From positions 15,810,001 through 15,874,000 of the forward strand of contig CM068749.1 in assembly GCA_035084275.1 (NCBI GenBank): DNA of 64,000 bases. The letters are read 5' to 3'. This document shows positions 51,271 through 63,400 of this stretch, piece by piece. Numbering within the stretch: the first letter of the stretch is position 1; each line of letters begins with the position of its first letter. The DNA is from Hydrolagus colliei (Eukaryota). Position numbers and translations under genes: made by a program. The notes under the pieces are model-generated. The model had not been told where the DNA came from. It saw nothing but the letters and a program-made list of their open reading frames with translations, and did not search any database.

Positions 51271-52930
51271 GCAGTATTTGTAGATGTGCTGCTCATTAAA
51301 TTGTACTCCAGAAAAAGTTAAGGACTTGAAAAGGCAAAGAGGGAAGACAAGAAAGCTCTTTCTGCAAATGTAGGATAATTGTCATGGGAAAAGAACGATT
51401 TTAAATCTTTTTGCAAAATGAAATTCAGGAAACTGCACAATTTTAGTGATTGATCTCGCAAGCTTGGTGCCTTTCCCTGTCTGTTATTGAGTCTTTTTAG
51501 TTGCAAAATAATACAACAATCACTAATGTGTAATACTCAAATCTGTATTCCTTATCATCAGAAACCCATACGCTGAAGGAGGACAGTTACTTGTTTGATT
51601 ATAACACGTGGTATTTGGTTAAAATGACATTTCTAATGGGACTGAATCTCAAACTAAGATAGTGCCAATCACTGTAAGCTTCTTGCTATTGAATCCAATT
51701 GGAGTATAATGGTGAGTCTGCAAACCATATGCTTTCCTCATTGCAGTTTAACGTCAGTAACCTTAATGCAAAACATTACAATGAACCACACCTGGGTCTC
51801 AAGCTGTTGCACAAGCAGATCTACAGTATTTAATTCCAGATTTTTGGAGCATCCTAAATCCCTCTCTAAATATCTAGTTATTTTAGATGATATAATAAGG
51901 CTATCTCTATGTAACCACAATGAAATTAGTTTTAGAAATAATGCAAATTTGTTTTGATGCAAGGAGTCTCCAGTCATTCTGCTTGTAAATGGTGACGATG
52001 TATCGTCTTGCGTTTACAATCCATCATGCTGCAGTTCATTGTAGAATCCTGTCTTGTGATTTCCCTTCAAGTCCATGTGCAGTGAGACGAGAGCAAATGT
52101 CTGGTAATGTATTGACAAAACAGTAAAAGAAGCTTGCAGACCAGTAAATAACATCAAGCCTTTGGAAATGATGAGAAAGCGTGTTTTCTTTTTTTAAAAA
52201 ACAAATGTAAGTAATAGCAGTCTGTGTTTCCAGAACCCGATTTAGATCAGTGGCTGTAACCTGGCCTCCAGGGACAGAGACATGATGTGGATGATGAGCT
52301 GATTAATTACTAGAAATCAAATGTCTTGCTGTAGGGAGCAGCTTGAAAGAAATATGTAGATGGCAAAAGTGGTGCATGCATGCGTGGCTGGAAAGAAACC
52401 ACCTCAGGGATCAGGTTTCACGTTAGCCTGGAACTAAAGTACTTTAGTATGATTGTTTATCCTTGACAATGTGACCTGTACTGAACTTTAATAACTGGAG
52501 GTTTAAAAATGTGAAATCTGATGGCAACAAGCTCTGTTAAATACCATGCTGCACATTTTTATTTTTATTCATTATTTCTTTATTTGTTGAAGAAAAATGT
52601 TTAAATATACAGTATGATTGTGAGTGTCAACTGACAGGATTATTATATTACTTTAAATTTAATTGCTCCTGTTTAGTATTGCTCAGATAATCATTGATGC
52701 TAGCAGTAACGTTTTTGTGTGGGAGGATTGCTTTTCATGGTTCTGGGGGTTCCATTGTACCATCCTTTAACCTCACCAACCTCGTTGAAAACCAAGACAG
52801 ATGGATGGGATGAAACAGTTTCCTCTCCAAGGCTGCCTGAGAACTGTGTCTGGTTACTAATGAGCAGGAGTGAATTGTAACCCAAGTGATACTAATCCAG
52901 CAATCTGTCTGAGAACTCGCGTAACTTGCG

Positions 52931-53005
52931 TATTTCCCCACCAGCAAACAAGATGGTGGGGAACTCGCGTATTTCCCCACCAGCTTGTTTGCTGGTGGGG
53001 AAATA
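52931..53005. repeat. 75-bp near-perfect inverted repeat with internal sub-palindromes
   Basis: 52931-52952 is the exact reverse complement of 52984-53005; after one mismatch, 52954-52963 pairs with 52973-52982; 9-nt loop. Confidence 0.95.
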
Positions 53006-53046
53006 GACTCCTGGTGTTGACAGTCCAGCATCTTGTGTTGTGTCAG

Positions 53047-53440
53047 CCTGCCTCAGTGGTAGCACTCTCGCTTCTGAGTCAGAAGACTGTGGGTTCAAAC
53101 CCCACTTCGGGACATAGAATCTCAGATGACATTCCAATACAGTGCTGCAGGGGGAGGGGGTCGATTGTCAGTGGTATCGTCCTTCTATAAGACGTTAAAC
53201 CGAGGTCCCACCTCCTGTTCTGGTAGATGTTAAAGATCTGATGGCATTCTGGTGAACTGGTCAACAGTATCCCAAATTAAATTAGTCACTCACCTATTTG
53301 CTGTTTGTGGGTCATAGCTGTCTGCAAACTGATTACCGTATTTCACCCACAGAATACATAGTCACTTCACTTTCCAGTGTATCCTTGGAAGCACTTTGAG
53401 ACAATGTACGACACTATATCCAATGCAAGGATGACTATTG
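53047..53440 (+). mobile_element. Full-length Deu-domain SINE (SacSINE1/AmnSINE1-related DeuSINE) with L2-type tail
   Basis: tRNA head (cctcagtggtagcactctcgcttctgagtcagaag..gggttcaaaccccac), Deu-domain-like agacgttaaaccgaggtcc..gatgttaaagatc..tggca, then gctgtttgtggg and tail aagcactttgaga..ctatatccaatgcaagg. Confidence 0.8.
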
Positions 53441-54837
53441 ATGTCATCAATTACAATTCAGAATATTGAATAAGAACATCAGCACCATCATTGTCAAAAT
53501 TCATAAAAAGAGTTTGGGTGGTCGCTGATATCCAACTTTCAGAAGTTGCAAAACAAGAAGTACGAGTAATAGCCTTGATTTCTTCTGTCTCTCCACCTAT
53601 TGTATTTTTTCAAGGCAGCCCCTCCAGCAAGGACTGCTGGTTTGGTTCCTCTGATGTTCGCGTGTGGCCGCCATGATATCTCACAACTGCAAGACCCGGT
53701 GCCCACATTTCCAACTCGTCTAATACCCATTTTAACTTAAAATTGAAGACTCTGCAGAACTATTGACAAATCTTATATTCAATTTTAATTTGGAAACATG
53801 TTTCTGTATTTCTTAAACCAAGTTGGCTTCCAAGGTTAGACAGAACTGAATATTTTCAAAAAAAAACTTTGCACAGTCTTGGATCTTAAGGTAAAATGGT
53901 GTTACTAGCTGGACTGGACATGTAGGCCAAGACTAGATTGAATTTCATGTCTGCAATTAATCTCCCAATGCTGTACCTCCTTTGGGGCATTTTGTCATGT
54001 CACTAGGTGCACAGGTGGGACTGAATTCCAGCCTACCATATGATTTATTTATTTAAATAATTTCAAAGAACTTGTTATATATTAAATTAGCAGTTGCTGT
54101 GCCGAAAAGTTTCCTCGTGACCATCGGAGGAAATTCCTGCTGAACGGGATAAGATCATTTTTTCAAATCCTTTTTTTATTCCTGAAGAGCATGGAGAAAA
54201 TTGGGCGGTTGGAACAGTAGCAAATTGACGAAAAGCAACATTGTCAGTAAATCTATTCTCCCTCCCCACAGAAATTGCTATTTTTAATGACTTGCTTGAA
54301 ATATATTTAACACGAAGAAAGTAAATGGTAAAGGCAATGAGACTGAATAATAGAAGCAGATTCTACATTCCAGTTAGGGACATCTTATCTCAATTGAACA
54401 AGCTAAACTTTACCAATATACTGTATTTCCCATGTGCTTTGCAGCTGACTCTTTGCATTGTCAGCTCTCTGTGGTGTGATTGTGGTGTTACTTTATAAAT
54501 GAGGAAAACAAACAAGTGTATGGAATTTATACGCTTCATCCCGAGGGGCTGTGTAGATAATTTGAGACAAATGTGATCAAATTTCCCAATTATATTGATG
54601 GAAGAGGTGACATGTAAAATGAGTCAAAAGTAAAATTCCAGATTAATCTTTTGCGTTGTGGTTAGGCGAAAAAGAAAATTGGGCACAGTTGCCTGAACAG
54701 TATTTTGCAAACTTCATCCAATTGGACACTTCACAGAAAATTGAAGGTTTTGTTCAGAAGCTAACTGAAAAAGGTTTCCATTTGCAGAAATAATTCAATC
54801 ATAGAAATACAGTGCAAACAAACTTGAGTGTGTGTGC

Positions 54838-54895
54838 ATATATTTTATATATATATAATAGATATATATACTGTGTATATATATCTATTATATAA
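54838..54895. repeat. (TA)n-rich low-complexity tract
   Basis: Interrupted TA repeat. Confidence 0.8.
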
Positions 54896-57855
54896 CTAAT
54901 TTGTTGGAATTGCCAGTAGCAGTATGTTAACTCCCCAAACTAAACTGGGATCATAACGAGAATCTGGCCTGGGATTTTCTTCATTACCGTTTTTATCCAT
55001 TACAACTCAATTATATAACAGGCTCCTTCAAGCAGAGGGTTTGGGAAAAGTCGACTGTGGTGACCTACTCCGAGTAAAGAATTTAAAAGGGCATTCTGGA
55101 AAACCTGCCCTGTGAGCACAAATGTCTCTGGTAAGTAATGAACCCTTGGTATGAACCACCAATCTTTCTCTAGATAGCACAAAGTAACAGGCACGTGTGA
55201 CTTTTTATTGACTTACTATTAAATCTGTTGCATTATATTGATGGCAACTGTACTTGGTACTGAAATCTGAATGTAGCAATACATACAAAACTAAAAATGT
55301 CAAATATGATTCAAATTTTAAACATCTCAATACATCTCTTGAAAACTGGTCAGGTACATTAATACAGTACATCATATTTAAACATCCTAGAACCTGCACA
55401 GAGTACTATAACTGTTTTGTGAAATGTGTGCTGTTGCATTGGTTACCTTTGTCTTCAGGAGTTTGTGTGCTTGAAACACTGTCATCGAACTATGATCAAA
55501 GGGATTCAGAATATAGTTAGGTTGACCTTGTCAAGACAAGATTGGAAAATTGCTTGATGTTTGGACTAAAATATATTGGGTTCAAAATAATTGGAATATG
55601 TTAATCTTTCAGAAGGTTTCAAAAATACATATACAGTATTGTGATAAAGATAAGGAAGAGATGAATTGATCAAAAAGGGTGTAAAGTAATTTCATCTGTT
55701 GATGTATAAGATATTGTAAATGATGAATTTATGCTTTTCAGTACTGAAAGTACTGAAAAGCTCATGATATAAAATCAGTCAGTGATTTTAAGTATATTTA
55801 TAAAAATAGGAATTGAGTAAAAGAGACATGGGGATCTATATAAAACTGTGCTGCTTGTTTAAAAGTCTATGAATGGGTATGAAGTTCAGTATACTTTCCT
55901 CAGCATGTTCATTGTTTCTTTAATCCAAACCACATCCAAGTAGTGATTCACATTTGTTTGTGGGACATTACTGTGCCACATTTGCCTACAAATGCATAGA
56001 CATTATTCTCAATCCTAAAATTACATGAAGTGCTTATACCTAATTCTTGTTGACATGACAATTCAACCACATTTGGGCTTTAAAATATTGTTTGAATCTC
56101 CCATTTTAACTTGTACAGAAGATAAGCTGCTGGAAAGTTTGCCCAAAACTGCTTCCAGTTACAAGTGAACATTGAGTGGCAGTGTTTCTTCCAGACAATA
56201 TGACTGAATCAAAAAATAATAGGACGAGGTTGTGTTTCAAATCATTGAGGAGTTTGTTAGTTCTTTCGATAGCAGCCTTGAGCCACCTCGTTTTTGCAGT
56301 AACATTTTGAAATTCTACCATTTGTTCTAATTGCACCCATGACTAATTTACAATTGGCCACGTTTTTTTACTGTTCTTAGTTTTGCCGCTTGCTGAAGAA
56401 TCGTGCAGCAATGTATCGCCTCCTATTGAGTCCGAGAGCGACATTGATGGCCCATTATATCTCTGATTTAGCGCAGCAATGGGGGATTCAAAAGGAACCA
56501 ATATTAAATATTAGGGACGTAAGAACAGAGCGCTTGTTTCTCTAAAGCCACAAAATAATTGTCTAGTTTGCCTTGCAGGCTGTTTCCCTACTCCAATCTG
56601 TTTTGAATTCTTGAGGCTACAAGGGTTCAGAGAGACTTGTCAGTCTACTGCATTGGAGGCAGATGAGAGATCTTGTGGTTGAACAATGTCTGCTGTATCT
56701 AGTATAGTAGCCCTGCATTCCAAGACTTTGAATTGCATCTTTTTTTCATTTTTGCTGCCAGTTTGGAAAGGCTTCTTGCTGGAACACTGACCTGAGTTTC
56801 ATGGAAGTTAATGTTTACCACCCTTTCTTTTCATCAAATACCAAAATCCCAAACTTGCGGAACAATTACAGTTATTCCTCCCCCCCCACCCTTACCCACC
56901 TTCCTTCAGAATATTTCCTCAGGCTTCTGGATCTTCAATGCTGTTGTATTTGCACTATAAACAGTAGGGGTTTTGTATCCATTTGGCAATGGTTTGCATT
57001 TTATTTGCCTTAAGTCATATGCCTAACTGAGACCTCAGTCTGTGTCATTGCATTTCCCACTCTTCAGAATCAAGTCTCTTTCCAGCGTTAATTGCGATTT
57101 AAAAAAAAAAAAAATTTGCCACGCTTTTTATGATGATGTATTTGTATGGGCTTCATACCTCAAATATTTGCTGAATAAGTAGCACATTAACAGAAATCTT
57201 TATTATCTGTGTACATTGGGTTAGGCACATGTGTGGATCCTTTAAATAGATACATAATATACATTTCCTTTTACTAGTACAGTATATTGTTGTGTTGACA
57301 ACAATCATGTGGTGATATGGGCCGATATCCATTGCACTGAAGATACAAAATTCACAAAAAAAAGTAGCAAACAGAGATGTTGTACACTAGCAGAGGTATA
57401 CAGTATACTACTCACTTGTGATACCTCCTCTTTGATTCCCTCCCCTTTCCCAGAGCAGTGAGTGTAACAGAGGAGTTTCCGTGTGACAAAGTGATCTGCA
57501 AGTCATTAGTTACAACTTCTTGTCCCTGAATACCACATTTGCAATTGCGCTATTGGACCAGTATTTCTTTAGCTGACTCTGGTAAAGAGTTTTCAGCTGC
57601 TCTCAAGGCAGAGTGTTAACAACTAAGATTTAAATATCATTGTAAAAACATTACTGAAATATGCAAACTGAAGCCACACATTTGATTATCTGCGGCTGAC
57701 ACAGTTGCCACAAATTCTGAGAGAAACCATAACCGAGCGAAATAACTGTTCTTGACAGAACAACTTATGTCCCTCAGACCTGTGAGTTATGTGGATAGTT
57801 TTTCCTCCAGAGTTTTTCAGTCTGAGGACAATTGGACTCCACATCATTAAAATGT

Positions 57856-58170
57856 GGAGTTCTGTAGCTCAGTGGTTAGAGCACTCGCCTTAAAAATTAG
57901 ATGTCTGGGTTCGATTCTAGGCAGGACAAAACCTGGAGCAAATTTCCTTACTCCATATGCTTAATAATAATCCCTAAATAAAACACCAAAAAAAAGGTCA
58001 TTTCAATCCACAACTGTTTGTGGGACACTGTCGTGCGCAATTAGCTACCACATTTCGCCCACAAATGTACAGTCAATTCATTTTATTCAATACGCACAAT
58101 ATTCTGTGAAGCGCTTTGAGACATCTAGAAGTTGTGAAAAGCGCAAAACAAATGCAAGGATTATTATTAT
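57856..58170 (+). mobile_element. Full-length tRNA-derived SINE (short, TAGAA-loop subfamily)
   Basis: A box TAGCTCAGTGG, B box GGTTCGATTC (57908-57917), body, tail gacatctagaagttgtgaaaagcgc..aaatgcaaggattattattat. Confidence 0.95.
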
Positions 58171-59959
58171 TAAAATGGATATTATATCATCAATAGAGCC
58201 CATTCACCCTGAATCTGAGCAAATTTGGAACCCATATTTCTACAAGACCGTTCTTGCATAACTTCCCCTCCTCTCTTTTTAAAACCTATTCTCCATTACA
58301 GTTTATCTGGGTGCTTGGACCAGACTATCCAGAGTGAAGGTTGCTCAAAATGTAGGTTACTGTCAATCTTTGGTGACTTGCTGAAATAATCATGTATGAA
58401 CATTTCTAAGGTTTTGCAGTTATGCTTGATCCTGTCTTCACCTCAGGTGAGAATATTCATACTTCCAGCGGGACGTTGGATAATGATAAGATTCCCCTGC
58501 CCCTCTTCCAGAGTGAAGAAGTCAATTGAAGAGTATCTAAAGTAATCCAAACTGTGATTAGAAAACTCAATTCAGATTGAGGATCTAATTTGGCACTTTC
58601 CTGACATATATGGCTCAGTGATTGACGGAATAAAGTCACTGAGCCATTAGGGAGTCATGTACAACAGTATTTTTTAGAAGAAAGAGTACAGCATTGGCAC
58701 AGACATAAGCACTAAATTACAAATGACTGACAATAATATTAAAAAAAACTGGCAGAGAAAATATTTGTCATTTAATTCCATGACAAGATTGCCAAGAAAT
58801 GTAAGAGTTTGAGAACAAATGGTTGTGATACAATGATTGTTTGGAAGCAAGGAGGGAACTTTAACATACCTGACTTATGTTGTGAAATGTCTTCGACATT
58901 AGCCAAAACTAAATATTGAACATGGGAGATAAGGTTAGCAAATTTCTGCGGTGTTCTCTGTTCAAGCAAATGCCAATGAAAAATGTAGTTGCAATTCATT
59001 TGAAAGACTGTTCCACATGTTTAAATGACACCTGGATTGATAAGAATTTCTCAGCTCTGCGTTCAAATTATACACCAAAGGACACAATACTTTTCTGTGC
59101 TGTCGGTTGAGGGATAGCACTCTAGGAATGAAGAGTGGAGATGCTGGAATGGATTAATACTCTATAATTTTTCCTTAACAACGCATGGGGGTCACGGGGT
59201 ATCTATACAGGACACACAACCAGGCATTTAAGGGATTCGCTTATGGGTTATCTTATTTCAAATAGTAATAGGCTATTTGAATAAATCTATTATAATTGCT
59301 CCATACTAAATGCTAAATTCACATTTTCCCGGCAAAAAGGAAGAGAGTGACTGAAGAGCTTTAGTTGCTTAAGTTGGGAAAAGTTTGCATGAAGGTATCC
59401 AACAATTTATGACTTTTCTCTTTCTTAAAAAAATCAGAGAGCGAAACACCACAGATTAAAGAGATTAATTGACTGAAGAGTGGGTGGGGGGGAGTGACTG
59501 CATTGTGCATGTGTCCAGTTGCTCATTATTCACTTACTATATTTATATTTTAAAAAAGCCTCTTGTAAACACCAAAATATAGAACTGAATGGTGGGATGT
59601 ATCACTACTACAGGAGACGGTTGTCTATTTCAGCAAAGCTTGCTCTGAGGAGCGAAAAGTGTGTCCTCGTGATATTGGAATTTTGGAATTGGAAGTTCCA
59701 ACTCTAAGGGGATAGCTGTGATGCGTTGTGTACTGATGATGGCTGTTCTGCAGCCATCCCGACAACAAGCATCTGCACAGCAACAACAACTGGCATTAAA
59801 ATTCTGCCCTTCACATGGGGTTTGCATCATGTGCTAACTAGCAATAATATCATCACCAATAGAGTTGGTGCACATTTAACAACCCATTGTATATGTTAAA
59901 CGCTTTGGCTATACAGGTTACCTGCTGCAATTTCTCTTTAAAATACAACACAAATATTA

Positions 59960-60478
59960 AAAAACAAAAACAGAACACTCTAATTGTGGGAACACTCAGC
60001 AGGTCAGGCAGCATCTATGGATTCCTGTAGCTCAGTGGTTAGAGCATTCGCCTTACAAACATGAGACATGTGTTAGAATCTTGGCAGATCAGGACGAAAC
60101 CTTGGGCAAGTTTCCTCCACATGCTTAATAATAATCCCTCTAAATTTTTTTTAAAAAATTGGTCATTTCAATCCATGACTGTTTGTGAGACATTGCCGTG
60201 TGCAATTGGAAGCCATGTTTTGCCCGCAAATATACAGTCAATTCATTTTACAGTATATTCTGTGAAGCACTTTGAGATGTCTAGAAGACATGAAAGGGCT
60301 ATATCAAATGCAAGGATTCTTCTTACTATTATGGAGAAAGGAGTCAACATTTGTCAGAAAGATTCCTGGACCCGAATTTCCCTTTTCCGTAGATGTGTGG
60401 CTTACCTACTGAATGTTCCCAGCGATTTCTGTTTTTGTTTCAGATTTCCAGCATCTGTAGTATTTTGCATTTTGTTTC
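59960..60478. mobile_element. Palindromic PLE-derived remnant interrupted by a SINE
   Basis: The left arm aaacaaaaacagaa..tgggaacactcagcaggtcaggcagcatctatgga(gaaagg) is an imperfect inverted copy of right arm cctttttccgtagatg..cctactgaatgttcccagcgatttctgtttttgttt. Same family as 51005-51148. Confidence 0.75.
60019..60330 (+). mobile_element. Full-length tRNA-derived SINE (short subfamily) nested in PLE remnant
   Basis: ggattcctgtagctcagtggttagagcattcgcc...gtctagaagacatgaaagggctatatcaaatgcaagg; explains ORF 60061-60579. Confidence 0.95.
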
Positions 60479-63400
60479 TACACAAATATTATAGTCTTCT
60501 GAAAATGTCAAACAATTACCATGTGAAACGGCTCGAAACAATTAGACGTATTACCTCACAAACCATTCACATTGTTTAACGCACTTTAGCAGTGTCAATT
60601 ATTTCTCCCAGCGCATAACTTGTTCCATTTGTTACCTGCCAATTGGCTGCAAATAATTCCTCATGTGTGAGTCCAGACAGTTAGTATTGCCACCGGGGGG
60701 CTTGACATTGGAGCTTAATGCTGTTCTCGCCCAATATTCCCACATATGCATTTTCCAACAATCAGGTGCAGGACCTCTGGCTAATTTTATTTTCTCATTG
60801 TCGATTGTGTGGGTGTAGAGGTCAATGTCCCTTAGGGCTGCGTTGGCAAAGATCAGGTAGGTCGGCATAAATCTAGGATCTTCAGGGTGTGTATTGCTCA
60901 TTATCACATACAGAGGGAACATTGCATTGTTTTGTTTTCTTCCCTAAACTTTTTTTTTCTTTTTACATCCTTGATGTTTCTCTTTGACTTTCAATTTTTC
61001 TGTTTAGTAGCCCTTTTGCTCTCCCTTAGCTTTTTTGTTGTTTCCCAGATCGGTGCCCCAAATCCATGACCTTATTATCAGTTCTCCATTATTCACATCT
61101 GCTCATGCTCCCATGTTGAATCTTACATTTAATCGTTATTGTAGCTGGGTTAGAAATGACTGAGAGCTGCTAAAATCAATGCTAAAATGTTTATTTCCCA
61201 CAATAAATGCTGCAATAACTACTCAAGCCAACTGTTTACCTAATGTGCAAGTTATTGAAATCTTACAAAGCCCTACACAGATGGGTAGAGACAGTTTGTA
61301 AATCCTTTCAGTTCTGAGTTAGCAATTATATATGTAGAAAGAGAGTTTCTTGGTGTACTGAGAATTTCAGATGATAGATTGTTTTTCTTCCTTTGTTCCG
61401 TTCCATATGGAAATTTTTCCAGTCTGTTTATGACTCACTGCCTGAAGTCTTCCTGAGCTTCTGAGGGTTTTTAATAAAAACTTGAGTTCTGATCCCTGGG
61501 AAGCTATTATTGAAAGTCTATAAGAAGCCAAGAACGACTTTAGGCAGTGAGTTAGACTCCCCGAATTCAATAGAACCCTGAGACAGAAATTCAGTTTTCT
61601 TGGTTTAGACAAAGATATAATTGCTCAAGTAAGCACCTCTAATTTGTGGACAGTTTTCAGGGACGCAATTTGTTGGTCTGTGTCTCCTCCTCATCTCTTT
61701 CCTCCAGTATACTGAAAAGTAAATAAGTCGCTTAAGCCTGATCTGTGAAGTCTTGTGCGAATAACAAGTAAGAAGGCAGAACCATATTTCTTAGTCATTT
61801 TCCATTCAGAATGTTCCAGTGTTATGATGTTTTGACTTGTTAGATAACCCTTTCTTCCCCCCACCCCCCCCCTCCCACCTCCCAATGATCCTGTACAGAC
61901 CTTTTTGCCATGCTAAACCAGATATTTACATTTTTATCCCTGTCCGATATTCCCCTGTTATTCCCCTGGCACTTTGTTCTTGATGAAAGCCATCCGTTTC
62001 ACTTATAAGCAAGCTTTTTTCAGCTGCAGTGCATCCCTAGTGATCTATGGTGCCACTGCACTCTTTTGTCCTGTACTCTGCCCCATTAATCAACATTAAT
62101 GACCGATAATCACATAACAAATGCCTCCAAATGTACTAATGGCCTATTCATAAAAGATGAGAATGCGCTGATATGCCGTCTCACTTAAATAACGTATACG
62201 GTTACGGCTAGGATTTGCTTAATGTATTGCTTGTCAGCTACCTAATCAAATGTGCTTTGCTTTAAAATAATAAAATATTGTAATGTGCAGCTAGAGCAAA
62301 CTCCCACTGTGCGCACAGTTACAGATCAGTTTAAACAACCATGCAAAGAACTCCAGAAGTTTTATTTATTGAACAGCGAGGGTCAATTTGTTGGAAAATA
62401 TGTAAACTGGAATGACTATAATAGTATTTGCATACAAATGAGACTTCAGGCAATTTTGCCACGTTGTGAGTGTTGTGAACGTCATGTGTAACTATCGGCC
62501 ACTTTGTAATCTGTTTGTGCCTGCATCATTTCATTGCTTCCATACCGTTATCCATGTGGAGAGATTACATAAATTACGATTATATGGAATGCAAAGTCAA
62601 ACCAAGCAACATGTCATCACCACAATTGACTGTATGGGTTTGTCCAGTTCAGAAAATAACAGATGAGTGATACAATGAGTAAAGGTGTTGGACTGATTGG
62701 GACTTGAGATCAAAGAGATTAAAGCAACTTCTAAAATACTCCTGAACTGTGACATTGGTGGCATCAACATTGAGTGGTAAAATGCACTTAAATGTATAAT
62801 TGTTGCTGAAAAATGGAAGGTAAATAACCCATGGAAACAGGATGCTATAATGAGGAGGTGTTACAGTTGATAAACCTTTGTCCCCAAACCACTTTTCTAC
62901 AGGATACGTGTTTAATTTAGAGTATCCCAGCCTGAAAATTCAGAGATTGGGGTTTGGAGATTCCAGACCTCAGAGTTTAAACCACAGTATTGAAATGTGT
63001 CTGGAGTATCTTTTCAACAGAAGGTTAACAGATATTTGTATCATTGTTAGGCTTGCAGGGAATTCTGATGGGAATACTCTCATGTTTAACCTAATTCTGT
63101 CAACATCTATATTTCATAGAGAAGGATTGTTTGGGCCAAGCTCCTATTAGTTAGGGCAACTCAAATACATTATCTTGTTTGTGCAATGATGAGATCTATT
63201 TATTCCAACTTACCGTAGCGAATCCCATGGTCCACATGTTCTTTTATTGGATGTGAGAGTTTAAATTTAAAATGAAAGTGACATTTCTGGGAAGGTTGTT
63301 ACACGTCTGTCACAATTAGCTGCAACTCGAGATATACCTGTCCAATAGGGCCAAATCTAACAATGTGAAACCAATACAAGCCGTCTGGCTTGGATAACTC

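Noticed and set aside
52433-52448. 16-bp palindrome actaaagtactttagt
   Set aside because: AT-rich and isolated; a few such palindromes are expected by chance in 64 kb.
52913-53005. CRISPR-like repeat-spacer array
   Set aside because: Only 2-3 overlapping units, no unique spacers, no cas genes, eukaryotic context.
61890-62005. Further degraded PLE remnant (acagaccttt...gttcttgatgaaagccatc)
   Set aside because: Similarity is too short to support by eye.
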